A DNA stretch of 64,000 nt from the human T2T-CHM13v2.0 reference genome, Homo sapiens, in assembly GCF_009914755.1 (NCBI RefSeq), contig NC_060938.1; one strand, given 5' to 3'. Below, piece after piece: positions 56,104 through 64,000 of this stretch. The first letter of the stretch is position 1. The number at the start of each line of letters is the position of its first letter. Under the pieces are notes generated by a model, which made no database searches, was not told the DNA's origin, and saw only the letters and a program-made list of their open reading frames with translations. Made by a program: the position numbers and the translations under genes.

Positions 56104-57804
56104 CGCCCACCGCCGGCCCGCCCACTCCTACCACAAGGACTTTGCCTCTGAAGGCCAGTGGCAGCAGGTGGTGGTGGGTGGGCTGCTCCCATCGTCCCGA
56201 GCCCCCTCCCCGCAGCCTCCTTGCTTCTCTCTGTCCCCTGGCTGGCCTCCTTCACCCTGACCGCCTCCCTCCCTCCTGCCCCGGCATTGCATCTTCCCTA
56301 GATAGGTCCCCTGAGGGCTGAGTGGGAGGGCGGCCCTTTCCAGCCTCTGCCCCTCAGGGGAACCCTGTAGCTTTGTGTCTGTCCAGCCCCATCTGAATGT
56401 GTTGGGGGCTCTGCACTTGAAGGCAGGACCCTCAGACCTCGCTGGTAAAGGTCAAATGGGGTCATCTGCTCCTTTTCCATCCCCTGACATACCTTAACCT
56501 CTGAACTCTGACCTCAGGAGGCTCTGGGCACTCCAGCCCTGAAAGCCCCAGGTGTACCCAATTGGCAGCCTCTCACTACTCTTTCTGGCTAAAAGGAATC
56601 TAATCTTGTTGAGGGTAGAGACCCTGAGACAGTGTGAGGGGGTGGGGACTGCCAAGCCACCCTAAGACCTTGGGAGGAAAACTCAGAGAGGGTCTTCGTT
56701 GCTCAGTCAGTCAAGTTCCTCGGAGATCTGCCTCTGCCTCACCTACCCCAGGGAACTTCCAAGGAAGGAGCCTGAGCCACTGGGGACTAAGTGGGCAGAA
56801 GAAACCCTTGGCAGCCCTGTGCCTCTCGAATGTTAGCCTTGGATGGGGCTTTCACAGTTAGAAGAGCTGAAACCAGGGGTGCAGCTGTCAGGTAGGGTGG
56901 GGCCGGTGGGAGAGGCCCGGGTCAGAGCCCTGGGGGTGAGCCTGAAGGCCACAGAGAAAGAACCTTGCCCAAACTCAGGCAGCTGGGGCTGAGGCCCAAA
57001 GGCAGAACAGCCAGAGGGGGCAGGAGGGGACCAAAAAGGAAAATGAGGACGTGCAGCAGCATTGGAAGGCTGGGGCCGGGCAGGCCAGGCCAAGCCAAGC
57101 AGGGGGCCACAGGGTGGGCTGTGGAGCTCTCAGGAAGGGCCCTGAGGAAGGCACACTTGCTCCTGTTGGTCCCTGTCCTTGCTGCCCAGGCAGCGTGGAG
57201 GGGAAGGGTAGGGCAGCCAGAGAAAGGAGCAGAGAAGGCACACAAACGAGGAATGAGGGGCTTCACGAGAGGCCACAGGGCCTGGCTGGCCACGCTGTCC
57301 CGGCCTGCTCACCATCTCAGTGAGGGGCAGGAGCTGGGGCTCGCTTAGGCTGGGTCCACGCTTCCCTGGTGCCAGCACCCCTCAAGCCTGTCTCACCAGT
57401 GGCCTGCCCTCTCGCTCCCCCACCCAGCCCACCCATTGAAGTCTCCTTGGGCCACCAAAGGTGGTGGCCATGGTACCGGGGACTTGGGAGAGTGAGACCC
57501 AGTGGAGGGAGCAAGAGGAGAGGGATGTCGGGGGGGTGGGGCACGGGGTAGGGGAAATGGGGTGAACGGTGCTGGCAGTTCGGCTAGATTTCTGTCTTGT
57601 TTGTTTTTTTGTTTTGTTTAATGTATATTTTTATTATAATTATTATATATGAATTCCATTCAAATCGTTCCTTTTTGTTAACAAGGGGCATGGGGAGGGG
57701 TGGGGGTGGGGGGGCAGAGGCGTCTGACCCCAGGAACCTGCAGGGCGGGGCTGGGTCGGTGCCCTCTAAGGACAATTTTGACCTTGTTCAACCTTTCCAC
57801 AAAG

Positions 57805-57810
57805 AATAAA
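57805..57810 (+). terminator. MMP14: MMP14 poly(A) signal AATAAA
   Basis: Canonical hexamer followed by GT-rich sequence, about 1.7 kb after the stop. Confidence 0.75.
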
Positions 57811-59249
57811 TTGTGTTTCACATTCCTTGTGTGGCTGAGCTCTGTAGAGGGTGACGGGCTGTGGGTGAGAGGAGCTGGATGAGGGGCGGGCACACGTCAT
57901 AAGCAGCGTTTTCCATGAGGTGGGGCTTTGGCATTTTTCATAAAGGAGTATGTTTATTCTTAGTGGACTAAAGGGATTCAGGGGCCAGAGTTGGGGAGCA
58001 GGGCATACCCATAGGGGGCAGCGGGGTGGCTGACAGAGCTCAGCTGCTCTGCCACCACCTGGCTTAAAAGGCTGCCTCGAGACCCAAGGCTCAGAGACAA
58101 GAGGAAGTGGTCAAGCTGATGCCACTTGGAAAATCTTCCTAAATTGCATTACCGTGTCCTGTGATCCACCCGCAGACCCTCAGTTTCCTCATGCCTCTCT
58201 GCCTGAGGCAGGGGGATTCCCATGATCATATTCGACCTTGGGCTCACTGGCTTTATCCGAGCCCTCAGGACCTAAGAAGCCTCTTCCAGGCCTGGGGCTC
58301 TGCTGCTAAGACAGAAGGAGACGCGGGAGAAAGAGAAAGAGGTGTCGCTGCGGGGCCTGCTAGGAGCAGCCCGTCTCTGGCCAAACAGAGATCTCATCCC
58401 AATTGCCCGGAAGAACCAGGATGGTCAGGTTGGAAGGGCAGAATAACAAGGCTTTGCTTCCTCTTTCCTTAGAAACTCCTGCCCCAGACAGGGTTCCCAG
58501 GCTTCCTCTGAAACCAGCCTGGAGGGAGGAATCAGTTCAGTGCTGAGTCAGCTCCGCTGGAGGAGAGCAGCCCCTTTTTCTCACCCCCCTTCCCTTCCTG
58601 CCTCCACCCAGCCCACCCTGGGCTCCAGCCCAAACTCCCTCCGCCGCCTGCCTTGCAGAGTCCTGGCCCCATCTATGCCAGTCAGTCTATCCAGCTGCTA
58701 TTCAGGGCTGGTTAGTGTGATTGCTTTGGCAGAAGGGGTACTCCACCTTCCTGCCTGCCAGGAACCCTGACCCTACGCCTGGCCTCCTGCGCCTCCCCCT
58801 GCCAACAGCTGTTTGGCAGTCTGTGTGTCTCGGTGGAATTGGACACCACCTCACCACCACCCTTACCGGAGGGGATGGGGACCTTGATAAGGTGGCAGGG
58901 GAAGTCAGGGGCATCTGAGGGTGGTAGGGTCTGTGCGGGTGGCAAGGAACTCAAAGATGAGCTCATGGCCCCTTTGTGTTTTTGTGGTCCACATCTGGAG
59001 GCAATTACAGATGTTATCCAGTGGGAGTTTTGCAAAACACAGCTGGAGCCAGTGGAGGAGCCTGGGGAGGGGGGACTGCCAGAGAGAAGAGGAGGGGGAG
59101 CCTAGGGCTCCCGCGCTGGAGTGCGGTTTCCCCATCACGAGGAAATTGTTTGGCCCTGATTCTGGAATCACAAGATGCTCTCTGGAGCCAAGGGGGAGAA
59201 ATGGGAATGGAGGACCAGAGACAAAGGGGAAAGAGGTGGAAGATGGGCT

Positions 59250-59310
59250 TATAAAACCCCCCACTGCTAAATTTGACTGGTTTAAAAAAACAAAATAAAA
59301 ATTAAAACAA
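59250..59310 (+). pseudogene. 5'-truncated Y4 RNA (RNY4-derived) retrocopy, 3' end plus A-rich tail
   Basis: AACCCCCCACTGCTAAATTTGACTGG matches the recalled hY4 3' terminus and is followed by TTT and an A-rich tail. Confidence 0.8.
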
Positions 59311-60374
59311 GCTTCACAAGCGGAGAGAATTTCAGGGTGGAGGCGGCAGGGTCCCGTGCTTCTGACGTGCCTGGGCCTGCCTGATCCACCCCAGTGAGGC
59401 TGCCCGGGGACCCTGGGAGGTGCCTTAGTGATCACAAGTTCCCGCTGAGTGAACCGCCAGGTCAGGCTGGGGTGAGGGGAGAGCAGAGGGCTCTGTGGCT
59501 TCCGAAAGACCTGCAAACTCGGCTTTCACTGGCCCTACCCCGATCTGTCCATTGGGCCTGACCCAGTTTCTATGGTTCCAAGTTCCTTTATTCGAAAGCA
59601 GCACATGTGAGTTGGAGCAGCCAGGAGGGAGCCAAGGGGAATCTTCAAGGAGGTTTGGGCAGAACCCAGGAAAGTTGGTGCTAAGGAGACGCTGGACGGG
59701 GGGCAAGGGCCGAGGAGGAGCAGCACTCTGCCCACGACTGCACCCCACACATCTGGAGGGGGGCCACGGACTCCCTTGTCATCACCTCCCCTTCTCCAGG
59801 GTTCCTGGCACCAGCTGGGCCCATGACTCCAGGGCTGCCGGCCAGGCGCTGGGTCAGCGGGAAGGGAAGGGAAGATCTAAGAGGAGCTAGGTCCTCTAGA
59901 GGAGAGAGGACTGGGCAGAGAGACACCCCCACACCCCTCCAGACCCCAAAACATAATCTGGCTAGCTCTGCCAGTCCTTCACTGTCCCTCCCCCAGGGCC
60001 CCTTCTCCCCACAATCTGACAGACTTCCCAGTGGTCTCTTTCCACTCTGTATCCCTCCTTCCCTTCCAGCAATGGTGAAACTAACATTTGCTGAGGTCCT
60101 TACAACACACAGTGACACAGGCACTAATATTGTCCCCATTTAACAAATAAGGGAACTGAGGCCCAGAAAGATAAATAACTTGGTCAAGGTCACAGGTTGT
60201 TAGTCCAAATTTAAAACCCAGATCTTTCCAATTTATTTATTTATTTTTCTATACTGGCAGATCCTGGCAATCTCTTGGTGTCTCTTCCAGCATGGATCCT
60301 GGGTAGCTGGGCGTTTTCATGGCAGTGTGTGTTCTGGGGATCTGTCAGCACATATGTATTTGCTTATTATGGCT

Positions 60375-60668
<294 letters not shown>

Positions 60669-62339
60669 CTGTATTTGCTTATTGTGCAGCAATATTATGG
60701 GGGATAGGAGTGCAGAGGGAAAAGGACCCCACTTTGCCAGCCCATCGCCTCCCTTCCTGGGGACAGGAGCCGTACTCTGAAGGAAGGAAAGTGGCACCAA
60801 GACTCAGAAGCCAAAGGGATGGAATGAGACAATGGCAGCAGCTAAGGGAAGGGTGGGATTGGTGAATGTTTCTGTGCAAGGGCATGGGGGGGCAGGGGGC
60901 TTCAGGGGTGGTGCCCATTCCCAAAGTCCCCAAGGAAACTCCAGCCAAGGCTGCTCTGTCGTCCTGCAGCTCCTGTCCCGTTTCCTACCTACCAACCCAA
61001 ATCTGAGTACACCTCTTTTAAAAGCTCAAGTCTGCACACCTAGCCCCAGCCTTGGGGGTTTCTGCCCTCCTCTCTCAGTCTTGTGAAAGTAGGGAGACCG
61101 GAGGCCGCCTGCAAGGGGCTGGGTAGCCAGGGCCTGGAAGGGAGGCAGGCCTGACTGGCCAGAAGCCACCTTCCAAATGAGCTCACACACATATTTTCCA
61201 CCCTGGCCCAGGGCCGATGGCTCAGCTCCTTCCAGGCCAGCCTTCCCCAGCCAGGCCCAGCCCCCTCTGTCCTACCCTGCCACCAGTCCTGGCCCTAGGG
61301 ACTCCAAAGCAAGATTACTGGCAGCCTCCTGGCCAGGGCAGTCACTGGCATCCCCAAGGAGCAGCCTCCTCTGCCTCCATGCTGAGGCCATTTGCCCCAG
61401 ATTGCCCTTATTCCTTTGTGACTTACAGAAGAAGGAGACCAGCTCCCTGCCTCCAAAGACCCACACCTGGGTAGGGAGGGATGGTAGAGGTGATAGAAGA
61501 GGCGGTGGAAGTAATGAATGGGCGGAAGGGCTTCCTTTGAGTGCCCGAAGTAGCTCATTGACTCAGGGACCAGCCAGGTCTGGGAGCTGCCTCATCACCG
61601 GCCACATCCTGCTCACTCACTCAGTTTCCTGCTAGGGGCAGTTCCCTGACTTGGAGCAGGATGGGGTCTGGGTGAGGCAAGGCCAGGCTGACCACAAAGC
61701 TGAGAAAAAAGACTGGCGTGTCAGAAGGCCTAGTGGATTCATACACACGCAACAGGCTCCATTTCACTTTGGTTTGTCAAAGACATCACTCATTGCCCAA
61801 CTTACAGAGACATGTAGCACCAGGCCAGAGAGCAGGATCAATTCCCCAAAAGGCTCTCTCGCCTGCTCAGCACCTGATTCTGTGCTAGGAGTATGGCTGC
61901 CCTGACTCTATTTCCTGGCTCCAGTTTTGTCCCCTGGAGTTCTGTGAGTTAGTATATTCAGACACGGCAGACAATTCTTCCCATTCTGGAGTCCAAGATG
62001 ACGGTCACTGTGAGTAGATCACACAATGTTGCTCTCTCATACCAGGTGATGGTATAGTTCTGTCAAGGAATTACTATAATTCATAATACCAACCCTATCA
62101 CAGCCACTGGAAAACAGGTTCTAGCCTCACTTTTCTTACAAACGGGTAAAATAGTGCTAGACACACAGGAGGCACTCAGTAAAATTTGTTGAATTGAATT
62201 ACCAGTGGTAGTTGTGATTACATAAGTATTGTATACATATGTACATATTATGGACACATAAGTAGTGAATACATAACTCAAATAATTGAGCTGAACACTT
62301 AAACTTAGTGCACTTTGTGAGCATCATGGTACATATATA

Positions 62340-62646
<307 letters not shown>

Positions 62647-62682
62647 CTTTCATGGTATATTTTACCTTATTATTTTTTTTTT

Positions 62683-62792
62683 AGATTAGTCAAGTGCAGT
62701 AGTGAGAAGGGGGAAAAGAACAGAACAAGGAGTTTGATCTGTAACTGACTGTGAACAATCAGTTGAGATAACACACTACCTTCAGACCAACC
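62683..62792 (-). pseudogene. Full-length Y1 RNA (RNY1-derived) retropseudogene
   Basis: Reverse complement reads GGTTGGTCTGAAGGTAGTGTGTTATCTCAACTGATTGTTCACAGTCAGTTACAGATC...CTACTGCACTTGACTAATCT, close to hY1, followed by an A tail (T run 62668-62682 on +). Confidence 0.9.
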
Positions 62793-64000
62793 ATCACGTC
62801 AATCTTTAAAAGGTTTTAAAAAAGAAAAATATATTGAGGTAAAGAGGTTCATACCCCCAGAACTCCTACTTTGTCCCTGTAGGCCCCATCCCCTCCCGCT
62901 TAGGTGTCAACTCTCCACTCCCTGCCTGCCCTTAATCTGGGAGTGGTTGGTATCAGTTTGTGTTGACCCAACTCTTCTGGAAATACCCAGCCTTTGGCTT
63001 GCACTCCCAGCCCAGCCCACACCTAGACTCTGACCTGGAGGGCCCAGCCAGGAGGCCTCTCTTCCCTCTATCCCTCTAAGCTCTATGTCAGATTCCCCAA
63101 ACTCTCCTCTGCTTTGCTGGCCTGTGCTCCAGAGGTCTCCCCACCTCATCCCTGCACAAGATTGCATGTAGGTTCTGAGAGGAGGAAAGCTGGGTAAGGG
63201 ACTTAGAGGAACACACCCCACTCTCTATGGCTGCGCCCACTCCATGTGCAAGACCCGCGGGGCAGGGTTTGCAGGGTGGTAGCGCCCCCTTGTGCTGGAT
63301 GTTGGGACTGCAAACCGAACCTAGGGAACTGAGAGGCAGAGGCAAAGCCAGTCCCGCCAGGGCCACGGGCACTACCAGCCTCTTCCTTCCCCTGTTCCAC
63401 TTTCCATGTTTCCACCCTGGACACCTGTACTTAAAGGGGTGGGACTCGGCGAGACGGGCAGACAAGCCGCTCTTAGCTTTCCAGCTGCAGAGAGGGAAAT
63501 GTCAGAGTTTCCGTCTGCTGTCCCTGTGTGGAGGTTGGTGGGCAGCCCTCACTAACTCCAGGAAAGGACAGGGAGTGGGGGGGCGGCGGGTGGTACAGGA
63601 CAGATGGTCCGCGGGAGGGGAGAAGGTTGGCACTTCTGTGCCCTCTCCTTGGAGCGCCTCTGAGTTGTCACACTGCCCCCCTGTGGGCGCCTCAGACACG
63701 AATCACTCCAGGATGCCTGTCCCCGGGGTCCCAGGGTAAGAGTCCAGGTGAGACTCTGCACTCCTGGACTGCAGAATGCTATCACAGAACTCCTTCTGAC
63801 CAAGACAAGCAGGCCCCTGTGTCCCCTTTATCTAAGAGTGGGACATTTCTGTGCCAATTCCCTGAGGCTTTTGGAGATAACACCCATGCCTCTTGAGGGA
63901 CCTCTAACCTGCACCCATGCCCCTGTCCTCGTCCTCACCCTGGTGCCATGAGAATCCTTTGGTCTCAGCCTCACATTTATAAAGGCCCTTAAATTTCTAA

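Overview
Human genomic DNA, recognisable as the 14q11.2 SLC7A7-MRPL52-MMP14 locus (recognised from the translated proteins; no database search was run). Minus strand: the 5' part of SLC7A7 (y+LAT1), with its first coding exon at 22963-23461, non-coding exons near 25389-25520 and 29708-29880, and a long Alu/L1/LTR-rich intron running off the left edge. Plus strand: complete MRPL52 (5 coding exons, 123 aa) and complete MMP14/MT1-MMP (10 coding exons, 582 aa, one GC-AG intron). Spliced exon lengths sum to intact ORFs. Most of the remainder is repeat: about 55 Alu pieces, a 5'-truncated L1, a solo LTR8-like element, a MER4-type LTR with its leader, MLT1/MER5/L2/MIR relics, and two Y RNA retrocopies downstream of MMP14. 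Most ORFs in the supplied track are Alu or GC-rich artefacts. I see no evidence of a new biological system. The best leads are small regulatory, splicing and retrotransposition oddities. Repeat family names come from remembered consensus sequences and repeat boundaries are approximate.
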